Source: Chiloscyllium plagiosum
Lineage: Eukaryota
Assembly: GCF_004010195.1 (NCBI RefSeq)
Contig: NC_057728.1
Coordinates: 53,736,535-53,800,534 of the forward strand
DNA: 64,000 bases
Direction of reading: 5' to 3'
This document shows positions 51,729-63,895 of the stretch, piece by piece. Position numbers and translations under genes: made by a program. The stretch's first letter is position 1. Each line of letters opens with the position of its first letter. Below the pieces are notes generated by a model, which worked only from the letters and a program-made list of their open reading frames with translations, searched no databases and was not told the DNA's origin.

Positions 51729-52228
51729 NNNNNNNNNNNNNNNNNNNNNNNNNNNNNNNNNNNNNNNNNNNNNNNNNNNNNNNNNNNNNNNNNNNNNNNN
51801 NNNNNNNNNNNNNNNNNNNNNNNNNNNNNNNNNNNNNNNNNNNNNNNNNNNNNNNNNNNNNNNNNNNNNNNNNNNNNNNNNNNNNNNNNNNNNNNNNNNN
51901 NNNNNNNNNNNNNNNNNNNNNNNNNNNNNNNNNNNNNNNNNNNNNNNNNNNNNNNNNNNNNNNNNNNNNNNNNNNNNNNNNNNNNNNNNNNNNNNNNNNN
52001 NNNNNNNNNNNNNNNNNNNNNNNNNNNNNNNNNNNNNNNNNNNNNNNNNNNNNNNNNNNNNNNNNNNNNNNNNNNNNNNNNNNNNNNNNNNNNNNNNNNN
52101 NNNNNNNNNNNNNNNNNNNNNNNNNNNNNNNNNNNNNNNNNNNNNNNNNNNNNNNNNNNNNNNNNNNNNNNNNNNNNNNNNNNNNNNNNNNNNNNNNNNN
52201 NNNNNNNNNNNNNNNNNNNNNNNNNNNN
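51729..52228. other. Assembly gap (500 N)
   Basis: Run of n. Confidence 1.
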
Positions 52229-52699
52229 AAATTGGCCAACACTTTCCCTACTCTGCAGCCAAGACAACATTTCAAACTATGTCAATGGCTGCAAAACACT
52301 TTGGGAGATACCAGGGCTGTGAAATGCATTTTATAAACTCAAGTTTTTTTCTTCCATGAATTTTAAAAAGTATTTTCCTACCTCTTCTTTCATCCTGCAA
52401 CCAAGAAAATCCTGCTTCACTGAGATCTTTTAATAAGAGGACTGCTACAGCCAACCAAGCGACTGCGGATGTAAGTTCAGTGGCTGCAGAGAGAGAATGT
52501 CACACTTGACTACATATCAAGGAAGATTCAAAGTGATGGACAATGTTGTATGGAACAATGCTACATACTGAATTGTAATCTCTGGGGAGTTATCTCAAAC
52601 TGTGAACATGTTTACCCCAATAACCCTTGATTCCCTTGCCCATCAATAATCAATCCACCTCGCTCATAAAAATGTTCAACGGCCCCACCTCTCCAGTTA

Positions 52700-52990
52700 T
52701 CCTCTCTTCCACCCATCTTCTGTCAGGCAGAAGATATAAAGTTCAAATGCACATACCAACAGTTCCAAGAACAGCTGCTTCCGCACTGTTATCAGACTTT
52801 TGAACGGATCTCTCAGATGTTAATCCTGATCTCTCTTTCCACACCTTATCTGCAGCTGCAACACTGTACTCTGCACTCTGTTCTGCCACACTGATGCACT
52901 TTGTATGGTATGATCTGCCTGTATAGCACACAAAACAATACTTTTCTCTGTATCTCAGTACCTGTGACAACAATAAATCAAACTCAAATT
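52700..52990 (+). mobile_element. Rex1/Babar 3' fragment
   Basis: Reverse complement of 38755-39030. Confidence 0.75.
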
Positions 52991-53695
52991 TTTGAAACAG
53001 AGCATCATGGTTGTGCAACATTCTGGGAGAAAAGAATCCTCCTCATCTCTGTTTCAAAAGGGCAACCCCTAATTTTAAAATAGTTCCCCTTATGTCTGGG
53101 CTGGCTCACAAGAGGAAATATCCTTTTGACATTTACCTTGTCAAGACCATTCAAAATCTTATCCACTTCAATCAAAACACTCCTCGCTCTTCTCAACTCA
53201 GGACCCAGGACTTACACGTTCAAATCTCTAGGTTGTATTTAACTCAAAACCTTCTGATAAAGAGACAACAATGCTAACAACTGAACCATGCTGATATTAT
53301 AAGGTATAAAACATATAACAGAAACAAAAAGTACTTGGGTAATGTCCTTTAAAATAGCCAAATATCCCATAGTTCTTCAAAGAGCTGGGGTCATTGTCCA
53401 TAGCTCAATTGGTAGCACTCTTACTCACCCCAGGACTTAATGCAGAAATCACTACTGATATTTTACTGCAGTACTGAAGAAACATTATATATATTGAGGT
53501 TCCATTTAACAGAAAATGATGCCAAAGTTGATGCTCTTCAGTTGATATAAAAAATCCCATTCCTTTCAAAGAAAAGCAGGAGTGTTAACCTAATGGCCTA
53601 GCCAATAGCTGTTTCTTATTCAACATCACAAATGAAGATTATTTGCTCCAAACGAGGAACCAAGAAATTCATTTGATAAAGTACCACATAAAGGT

Positions 53696-53827
53696 AAAAA
53701 CAATGTCTGCAGATGCTGGAAACCAGAGTCTAGATTCGAGTGGTGCTGGAAAAGCACAGCAGTTCAGGCGGCATCCAAGGAGCGGGAAAATCGATGTTTC
53801 GGGCAAAAGCCCTTCATCAGGAATACC
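53696..53827 (-). mobile_element. PLE mini-element with hammerhead motif; 13-bp TSD
   Basis: accacataaaggt at 53683-53695 and 53828-53840; reverse strand attcCTGATGAagggcttttgcccGAAAcATCga. Confidence 0.9.
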
Positions 53828-55206
53828 ACCACATAAAGGTTACTACACAGCGCTTTATGACATGGAAAGAGGATTGAATAGTCATCAGGAAACAGATAAA
53901 TGGGCCATTTACAGGTTGGAAAACTGTAACGAGGGACAAATGTCACAGGGGTCAGTGCCAGGCCCTGAGCTATACACAAATTTTATACATGATTTAGACC
54001 TTCATGGTAATCTCAGCCGGTGCGGGAGTTGAATCCATGCTGATGGCACCTAGACTATCAAAAGAGGAGCCTTGTACAACTGTACAGTACACTGATGAGA
54101 CCACATGTAGAGCACTGTGTAGTTTTTGCTGAATGAGGAATATAATTGTCTTGGGAAGGAATTAATTTGACTGATTGCTGGAACAAAGGAGTTTGTTTTA
54201 GGAAAGTAAAACTGAGCAGGATGGGTCTATGATCAGTGATGTTTGGACGAATAAAAGGGGATTTTATTGAAACAGAAGATTCTGAGAGGGTTTGACAAGG
54301 GAAGTGTGGAGAGGATGGTTCCTCTCAGAGGGAAATCTAAAACCAGGTTGCACATTTTGGAAGAAGTGGTCTTCTTATTAAGAAGAGAAATAATTTATTT
54401 TATCAGAGGCATTGATTTTGGAATCATTTTCTCCAGAGAGCAAGGGGGCTGGGCCATTGAATATATTTAAGCCTGAATTTGACAGATTTATGATTTACAA
54501 AGGAGCTAAAGGTTATGGGAGGCAGAAAGGTCAGTGGAGTTGAAGTAACAATTGGACCAGCTATCATATATTTGAATGGCAGACCAGGCTCTAAAGATCA
54601 AATGGCCAACCTCTGCTCCTCCTTCTAATGTTGTCCAGTCAATGTTATTTAGTGGGTGTTTGCTGTGTGCAAATTGCTTGTCATTTTCCTTACATTGCAA
54701 AAGGGACAATACTTTAAATACTTCTAACTGACAGTTGGATTGATTTTTGATAATAATGAGGGTGAAAGGGTCTTGGGGCTGAGAAGGAATGTGGATCATG
54801 CTGTGATCTTATTGAGGGACTGAGTGGCCTAGTCCTGCTGCTGATTTATATTCATTAGTGTGTTCATAAACAAAACAGGTAATGGAAGAGATACAGTGTC
54901 ACAAAGAACACATGCTAAATTTTACCTTTGTGATTGTAAAGATTTGTTCTCCTCTTCAAAGCAGAGAATTACAGTACAGGAGGAGACTCATGTCTGTGTC
55001 ACCTTCTTTGGAAAAGCTAACTAATTAGCTATGAATGGCCTACTCTTTCCTCTAACCCTGTATTTTACCTTCAAGTATTTATCCAACTATCTTTTACAAG
55101 TTATTACTGAATCTGCTTCCATCACCACCTTTCAAGACCATTCCTCACATTGCTCCTGTATCATCTGCCAGTCACCTTAAATCTGCATTTCCTCACTACT
55201 GACTCT

Positions 55207-55522
55207 TTAGATTACTTACAGTGTGGAAACAGGCCCTTCGGCCCAACAAGTCCACACAGACCCGCCGAACCACAACCCACCCAGACCCATTCCCCTACAT
55301 TCACCTCTGCCCCTAACACTGCGGGCAATTTAGCATGGCCAATTCACCTAACCTTCACATTTTTGGACTGTGGGAGGAAACCAGAGCACCCGGAGGAAAG
55401 CCATGCAGACACGGGGAGAATGTGCAAACTCCACACAGTCAGTCGCCTGAGGCGGGAAATGAACCCGGGTCTCTGGCGCTGTGAGGCAGCAGTGCTAACC
55501 ACTGTGCCACCGTGCCGCCCAC
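55207..55522 (-). mobile_element. Full-length young HE1-type SINE
   Basis: Closely similar reverse complement of 20955-21274. Confidence 0.95.
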
Positions 55523-56051
55523 GAAAACAGTGCCACAGAAAACAGTTTTTCCTTATTTACTCTGTCAAAACCATTCTACCAAATATTACACAGTCAGAAT
55601 ATGTTCAGTCAGTCATGTGCCTTAGGCATACTTCCTCTCTCCAAAATTACACTTTTGTTGGACTTTGACTACAAATTGGCAATCTACAGCAACCTGAGAA
55701 GGACAATTGCTCCCTTTCTGAGGGGACACTGTGTTGAAATGTCAAAATCACTCTGTATGTAGATGAGCTTGTGAAGGGTCCCGGTGCCAGATGGAGGATG
55801 GGAAAAAATTGTGGCTGGAAGAGCTTCTCTTTTTTTTAGGTGTTTTAAGTGTTGGAGGTGATTTCCTCGAATTCCAGGAGCAGCAATTACTGTTTTATAT
55901 GCTGTTGCATTGTTTTAGAGTGTGGGGAAAAAATGTCAAAACAACAGCACTTTTAAAAGGATAGATAAAATGCAGCGACCACATGGTCAGTCAGGGAGAG
56001 AGAGAAAGAAACCTACACTGCTAACTGACACAGCAGTGAATCTGCACACAT

Positions 56052-56218
56052 CTGGTACAATAACAGCATTTAAAAGGCAAAGGGATGGATATATGAATAA
56101 GAAGGGTTTAGAGGGATATGTGCTGGCAAATGGGACTAGATTAGGTTAGGATATCTGGTCGGCATGGATGAGGTGGACTGAAGGGTCTGTTTTCATGCTG
56201 TACATCTCTATGACTCTC
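56052..56218 (+). mobile_element. HER1 3' end
   Basis: Shared HER1 tail. Confidence 0.8.
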
Positions 56219-56894
56219 TGATTGCAACTCTAAAGATGTATTCAGTGCAGGAACGTCCTTAAGTGGCTTTTAAAGCAGCAAGTAAAAGGAAGAAAAATGG
56301 ATGGAAAGGATTCAAAAAGAGACAGAACATTTTGCGAAAGTAAAGGTGAAGGGACAAAAGGGAAAGAAGACAAGCAAATGCAGCCACAAAGGGAAGGGAG
56401 AAATAAACAGGGATAAAAAAATTGACACAAAGGAACAGAATGCAGCACAAATAAAACTGATAGAAAGGTGAAAACTAAAACATAAGGTTAACATGGTTAT
56501 AGAAATCTACAGCAGAGAATGATGCCATTCAGTTAATAATTATAACAATGTTAAGGAAATTTGCACACCTTATGGTGTTGACAGGATTTTTGCATTTCCA
56601 TTGTTCTTAGCCCAACATTCAGACGTTTGTAAATGTCTTGATATTTGATTATTATACAGAGGAACCACTCTTATCCATTTCTTCTTCTTTGTTAAACTTT
56701 ATAAATATCAAACATTCAAGACGGAGGCTTGCCAATCACATTGGGCTAATGAACTAAGTGTTTATATGTACAAAATATTGTTCACCCACTTGCCAGAGTG
56801 TCATGACCTAACTGGGAAGAGTACATGATAATTATGTGGGGAGAAATTACAGTTAGCATTTCAAGTCCAGGACCCATTCTTCAGAATGAATGTC

Positions 56895-57430
56895 AAGAGG
56901 TGGTGGCTGGATTCTCTCTTTTTGGTGATGTCATTGTCTGTTACTTCTGTGGTGTGAATGTTATTTGACATTTGTCAAAACAAATCTGAATGTTGTACAG
57001 TTTTTGCTGCATTTATTGCTTCAGTGTCTGAATCGTTGTGAATAGTATTGTATGTTGTGCAGTGAGCATCCCCACCTCTGACCTTGTGGTGAAGGGAAGG
57101 TGTTTGATAAAGCAGCTGATGGACCAACAACACTCCCCCGAGAAACTCCTGTGACGACTGCCTTCCAATAACTGCAGCCGTTTTCCTTTGTGCCACTTGT
57201 AGAGTTGTCTCATTGATGTCCATTGACCTCAGTTTTGCTAGGGCTTCTTGTTGCCACACTGTTAAATGCGACCTTGATGTCAAAGGCAGTCATTCTTGCC
57301 CCACATCTGGAATTTAATTCAAGTTTCAACCAAGGCTGTCATGAGGTTAGGAGCTGAGCGGTTCTGGCAGAACCCAAACTCGGGGTCAACAAGCTGATTA
57401 GTAGTAAGCAAGTGCTGCTTGATAGTACTG
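56895..57430 (-). mobile_element. Degenerate LINE RT fragment (CR1-group, second family)
   Basis: Reverse strand gccttt-gacatcaaggtcgcatttaacagtgtggcaa resembles ALDIKAAFDRVWH; ALAKLRSM. Confidence 0.6.
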
Positions 57431-57669
57431 TTAATAGTGATTTGAAAGAAGCTTGTGTACATATTATACCCTGTATATCTCAAACACTCTAAAATGCATC
57501 ATTTAGATTAATTTACTCTTTAGTTATTGTTATAAAAAGTTTGCAGTTATATAGCATTTTACAAGACTTTGTCCCAATGAACTACAGCTTATTATAAGCC
57601 TTTTGAACCATACCTACTGTAATGTCAGTAACATAACATCCAGTTTGCCCTACAGTCAGCAATGAGTTG

Positions 57670-57820
57670 TCTGGATGGGTATATGAATAGGAAGCATTTA
57701 GAGGGATATGGGCCAAGTGCTGGCAAATGGGACTAGATTGGATTGGGATACCTGGTTGACATGGACGGGTTGGACCAAAGGGTCTGTTTCCATGCTGTAC
57801 ATTTCTATAACTCTATGACT
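57670..57820 (+). mobile_element. HER1 3' end
   Basis: Shared HER1 tail. Confidence 0.8.
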
Positions 57821-57864
57821 ATTCCACAAGTCATCACAAAATAAATCAAATCAAATGTGAAATA

Positions 57865-58089
57865 TTAGATTAGATTAGGTTAGAGTCCCTACGTGTGGAA
57901 ACAGGCCCTTCAGCCCAACAAGTCCACACCGACCCTCCGAAGAGTAACCCACCCAGACCCATTTCCCTCTGACTAATGCACCTGACACTATGCGCAATTT
58001 AGAATGGCCAATTCACCTGACCTGCACATTTTTGGACTATGGGAGGAAACCGGAGCACCCAGTGGAAACCCACGCAGACACGGGGAGAC
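57865..58089 (-). mobile_element. 5'-truncated HE1 SINE
   Basis: (ATTAG)n plus V-domain 3' part. Confidence 0.85.
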
Positions 58090-58216
58090 ACCATCCCAGT
58101 GACACCACTAAGATGATCAATTTGTCTGACTGACTGCCATTCAGGACAAAAGCAATTCACACCAGTTCTCATCAATAACAGTAAATAACTATTTTCTGTA
58201 CCACACTAAATCATGA

Positions 58217-58520
58217 AATCCCTACAGTATGGAAGCAGGCCATTCAGCCCATCAAGTCCACACCAACCCTCTAAAGATCATCTCACCCAATTCCTGTAAC
58301 CTTGCATTTTTCATGTCTAATCCATCAACTCTAACACATCCCTCAATACTATGGGCAATTTATAATGGCCAATCCACCTAACCTGTACATTTTTGGATTG
58401 TGGGAGGAAACCCATGTAGACACGGAGAATGTGAAGCTCAACACAGACAGTCACCCAAGGTAGAATCAAACCCAGATCCCTGGTGCTGTGAGGCAGCAGT
58501 GCTAACCACTGAGCCACATC
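58217..58520 (-). mobile_element. HE1-type SINE (older)
   Basis: gtgctgtgaggcagcagtgctaaccactgagcc head. Confidence 0.85.
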
Positions 58521-59299
58521 TCTCCCCAACTTCTAACCTTTAATAAATGGTAGAGAAAAGAAAGGATCCCTAATCTATGATTTGACAACTTAAAATATAT
58601 CCCTTTAAAAGCCCTAATGCACACACACTCATTCACAATTAAGACAGACAGTTTGACATGTTATAATAAAGGAAAAAAAAACTAGTCAGGGAGCAAATTT
58701 TTGAAGATCAGAAGTCTCAATCATACAGGTGGGTTAAACTGTTTCTCACAGTTCCTTTTGATCTTTACCACTGATGACCTGCTACTGTTTGTAGAGTGAT
58801 GGCTATTCTTCAGTTTGATAGCTGATCTGGAAGATTGAGGTCTTTCCTTGTGAGTATTCTTTCTTTTGAGCTTTCTTGTCATTTTGTCCATATGGAGAGA
58901 GAGGGAAAGGGAGAGGGTGTTCAATTCACAGGCTCAAAATGTCTCCGGCTGCTCGGCAGTTACTAATTTGTACCAACTACATCTGAACCAATAGAGGACT
59001 ATTGTCATTTTTATTAACTCAACAACTCTTGATGCCACTCTGTCTCAAAGTATCCCCTTCTCTGCTTAGAAAAACAACATTGTCTAGCAAGTTAAAAACG
59101 TGCATCATTTGATTTTTGCAAGTTGTAAAACTCTCTCAGTACTTCAGCTCCAGTTTGTAGTCCAAAAAATACAAAATATGTGCTTCATTTACAGGAGCCC
59201 CCACCTTCATTGTTGTAAAACCCTGTCTTTTCCCTTTGACTAACTTTCAGCATATATCAGTGGTAAGCTTATTTTCAACAATTCCCAAGAGCACTTACA

Positions 59300-60093
59300 T
59301 TGAGTTCTGGTCTCCCTGCTAGGGAAAGGTATTGTTAAACCTGAAAGGGTGAAGAAAAGATTTAAAAGGATGTTGCCAGGGTTTTAGAGTTTGACCTATG
59401 GGGAGAGGCTGAATAGGCTGCGGCTATTTTCCCTGGAGCATCACAGACTGAGGAGTGACCTTATAAAGATTTACAAAGTCATGAGGGCCATCATTAGGGT
59501 GAATGACCAAGGTCTTTTTCCCAGGGTGGAGGAATCCAAAGCTAGTGCATAGATTTAAGGTGATGGGGAAATATTTAAAAGGGTCCTAAGGGGCAACATT
59601 TTCACACAGGGAGTGGTGCCTGTGTGGAATGAGCTACCAGAGGAGGTGGTAGAGGCTGGTACAATTCCAACATTTAAAAGGCATTTTGGAATATTGCGTG
59701 TAATTCTAGTCTCCTTCCTATTGGAAGGATGTTGTGAAACTTGAAAGGGTTCAGAAAAGATTTACAAAAATGTTGCCAGAGTTGGAGGACTTGTGCTCTA
59801 GGGAGAGATTGAATAGGCTGGGGCTGTTTTCCCTGAAGCGTCAAAGGTTGAAGGGGGTGACCTTATAAAGGTTTATAAAATCATGAGGGGCATGGATAGG
59901 ATAAATAGACAAAGTCTCTTCCCTGGAGTGGGGGAGTCCAGAACTAGAGGGCATTGATGTGAAAGATTTAAAAGGAACCTAAGGGCATCCTTTTCACGCA
60001 GAGGGTAGAGCATGTATGGAATGAGATGCCAGAGGAAGTGGTGGAGGCTGGTACAATTACAGCAATTAGAAGGCATCTGGATGGATATATGAA
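59300..60093 (+). mobile_element. Two tandem overlapping-region HER1 fragments
   Basis: The same roughly 390-bp ORF2 C-terminal segment appears twice, joined at about 59687. Confidence 0.85.
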
Positions 60094-60736
60094 TATATAC
60101 CTTGTGCTGTGTTCTTAAGTTCTTGTGCTGTGCTGTTCGTTGTTCTGTTGGTGGAGAAAGTTGGGAATTGCTCCAATTATGCACCCCAACCCAGGAATGA
60201 AAGTCAGCTTGTTGAGCTGGAGTAAGCATTAGAATTACTAATAATGTCCACCTGCAATTCTGTCCTGCATTCCTTTCCGATCTTGTTATGCTTTCAGTAA
60301 ACAGTTCTAATCAGTCATCTATCCTGGTTGTTGTTGTCTTCATATTCAGCCTATCATCAGTCCATGAAATGTATCCATAAATGGACTTTTCTTCCTCCAC
60401 TGTGCTCAATGTAACAGGGTTTGTACTGTGCATTCTTTAGTTTTATGTCTATAACAAGGTCACTGTTTTGAAATTAATTAATGGAGGGTACACCAAGCAC
60501 ATTTCTTGAAAGGGGTGTGTGTTTCATTGTATTGTGAATGAGCTATGCAAGTGCAGAATCTGGCAGGATATCTCAGGCATTCTGAGCACTTCCTCTCAAT
60601 GACTAGCTCTCTCTCTCTCTCTCTTTCTCAACTGTTCATTCCTCGCTCGGCAGGGTGAAAATAAGAGCATAAATCTTCATATATAAATCTCGCATCTGCT
60701 CCCATTGTCTCAGCCTACCACAGACAGAACACTTCA

Positions 60737-61670
60737 AGTCATAGAGTCATAGAGATGTACAGCACAGAAACAGACCCTTCGGTCCAACCTGTCCATGCCG
60801 ACCAGATATCCCAACCCAACCTAGTCCCACCTGCCAGCACCCGGCCCATATCCCTCCAAACCCGTCCTGTTCATGTAGCCATCCAGATGCCTTTTAAATG
60901 TTGCAACCATACTAGCCTCCCCCACTTCCTCTAGCAGCTCATTCCATACATGTACCATCGTCTGCATGAAAATGTTGCCCCTTAGGTCCCTTTTGTATCT
61001 TGCCCCTCTCACCCTAAAACTATATGCCCTCTAGTTCTGAACTCCCTCACCCCAGGGAAGAGACTTTGTCTATTTTTCTTATCCATGTCCCTCATGATTT
61101 TATAAACCTCCATAAGGTCAACCCTTCAGGCTTTGACGCTCCAAGGAAAACAGCCCCAGCCTGTTCAACCTCCTTGACCTACTAAACCAACAATATGGCA
61201 AGAAAACAACATCTACCGATATCTTTAATATAATGAAACATTGCTTCAAAGGACTCATACCACCAATTTGGAAAAGAAACTTATTAGCTCAAATCGTCCA
61301 ACCCTGACAACATTCTTGTAAATCTTTTCTGAACCCTTTCAAGTTTCACAACATCCTTCCAATAGGCAGGAGACCAGAATTGCACGCAATATTCCAAAAG
61401 TGGCTTAACCAATGTCCTGTACAGCTGAAACATTACCACCTGACTCCTATACTCAATGCAATGACCAATAAAGGAAAGCATACCAAATGCCTTCTTCATT
61501 ATCCTTTCTACCTGTGACTGTACTTTCAAGGAGCTATGAACCTGCATGCCAAGGTCTCTTTATTCAGCAACACTTCCTCAGACCTTACCATTAAATATAT
61601 AAGTCCTGCTAATATTTGCTTTCCCAAAATGCAGCATCTCGCATTTATCTAAATTAAACTCCATCTGCCA
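60737..61670 (-). mobile_element. HER1/CR1 3' fragment with an unrelated insert at about 61174-61284
   Basis: LYRTLVKPLLEYCVQFWSP, VWNELLEEV. Confidence 0.9.
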
Positions 61671-62223
61671 CGTGGTAACATACAATGACAGAACGTACAG
61701 GAACAGATAAAGGCCATTCAGCCCAACCATTTTCACTTGATCCTCCTATCATCATTCATTCTCCTCTAATCTGATTCGCATAACCTTCTCATTCTTTCCA
61801 ATATTATCTAGCTTCACATTAAATGTAACATTACTATTCGTCTCATACTGAAGTTGCATTGACAATGCCTTCCAAACCCATGGCTGCCAACACCTAGAAG
61901 GACAACAGTATCAAACACAAAAGAGCATAATAACCTGCAAGTTCCCTTCTCAGTCACTCTCCAGCCTGCCTTGGAGAGGTATTGCTATTCCTTCACTGTT
62001 GCTGGGTAAAAAGCCTGGAACCTCTTCCCATTGGCACTATAGGTGTTGTCCCTACCTATCTTTGCTTACAGAAACTAGCCCAACATCACCTTCTGAGATT
62101 GAGAAGGTGTACAGATGAAAAGTGATAAACAAAAGGACCAAGAGATAGATGAGAAAAAAATCTTGTCACTTACAGTCTAGGAGGCACAGTTTGGAAGTGT
62201 AGTGTATGTATAAGGTTAAAGGA

Positions 62224-62712
62224 TCATACAGCATGGAAACAGACCCTTTGGTCCAATTCATCCATGCCAATCAAGTTTCCCAAACGAAGCTAGTCCCATT
62301 TGCCTGCGTTCAGACTACATCCATCCAAACCCTTTCTATTCATGTACCCATCCAGTTGGCTGTTAAGTGTTGTAGTTGTTCCAGCCTCCATCACTTCATC
62401 TAGCAGCTCATTCCATACATGCACCACCCTCTGTGTGGAAAAGCTGCCCCTTATGTCCCTTTTATAACTTGCCCCTCACACTCTAAACCTATGCCCTCTA
62501 GTTCTGGACTCCCCCGTGCCATGGAAAAGACCCTGTCTATTTCATGCCCCTCATGATTTTGTAAACTTCTATGAGCTTCTGACACTCCAGGGAAAACAGC
62601 CCCAGCCTGTTTCTGCACTGTAGGGAATCTAATCTAATCTATTTAGCCTCTCCCTACAGCTCAAACTCTCCAACCCTGGCAACATCCTTGTAAATCTTCT
62701 CTGAACCTTTTC
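62224..62712 (-). mobile_element. HER1/CR1 3' fragment
   Basis: LEKVQRRFTRMLPGLESLSCRERLNRL. Confidence 0.85.
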
Positions 62713-62716
62713 AAGC

Positions 62717-63710
62717 CTCCAGCTCATATCCTCCACTTCCTGCACCACTGCTCTTGAACACCAATGCTCCCAACACAACAAGGACAGAAACCCCCCCCAC
62801 CCGTCCTCACCTTCCACCGGACCAACCTCCACATGCATTGCATCATCTTCCGCCACTTCCGCTATCTTCAAACGGACCCCACCACCAGAGACATATTTCC
62901 CTCCCCACCTCTATCAGCATTCCGGAGAGACCATTGTCTCCACGAGTCTCTTGGCAGGTCCATGCCATCCCCAAAAAGCCCACACCACACTCCCGGCATC
63001 TTCCCCTGCCACTGCAGGAAGTGCAAAAGCTGCATCCACACCATTGCCCTCACCTCCGTCCAAGGCCCCAAAGGATCCTTACACATCCAACAGAAATTTA
63101 CCGGTCCTCTGCCAATGTCATCAACTGTATCCATTGCATCCGATGTGGTCTCCTCTACATCGGGGAGACAGGATGCCTTCTTGCCAACTGTTTCAGAGAA
63201 CATCTCTGGGACACCCACAGCAACCAACTCCACCGCCCTGTGGCTGAATGCTTCAACTCCCCCTCCCACTCGGTCAAGGACATGCAGATCCGAGGCCTCC
63301 GCCATTAGCAAACCCTTACCACCCAATGCCTGGAGGAAGAACGCCTCATATTCCGCTTTGGGACCCTGCAACCACACAGGATCAATGTGGATTTTACCAG
63401 TTTCCTCATTTTCCCTCATTATCCCAGTCCTAAGCCTCCAACTTGGCACCGCCCTCCTGACCTGTCCATCACCTTTCCCATCTATTCTGGTCCACCTCCT
63501 CTCTGACCTATCATCTTCTCCCTCACCTTCATCTACCTATTGCATTCGCAAGTACCTTCTCCCAACCAACCCCACACCCCCCCCCGCCATTTATCCTCTG
63601 GCCCCCCACCCATAAGTCTCATTCCTGATGAAGGATTTATGCCCGAAAAGTCAATTCTCCTGCTCCTCGGATGTTGCCTGACCTACTGTGCTTTTCCAGA
63701 ACCATACTCT
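62717..63710 (+). mobile_element. Penelope-like element 3' part: frameshifted GIY-YIG endonuclease plus terminal repeat with decayed hammerhead
   Basis: GIFPCHCRKCKSC, NVINCIHCIRCGLLYIGETG..RE H..PVAECFN; attcCTGATGAaggatttatgcccGAAAaGTC at about 63621-63652. Confidence 0.9.
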
Positions 63711-63724
63711 TGGCCCAGTGATCA

Positions 63725-63895
63725 TTTCCCTAGCTTCCCACAGAGTTAAAATGTCTTTTAATAATGTAATTGTACCTGCATCTACCACTCCCTCCATCAA
63801 TTCATTCCACATATGAACCACCCACTGTGTGAAAAGAAATTGCCCCTGAGGTAACTTTTAAATCTTTCTTGTCTTACCTTAAAATTTGCCCTCTA
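63725..63895 (-). mobile_element. CR1 3' fragment
   Basis: aattgtacctgcatctaccac...tcattccacatatgaaccaccc. Confidence 0.7.

Noticed and set aside
51673..52359. Long ORFs of 183-223 aa
   Set aside because: They span the N gap.
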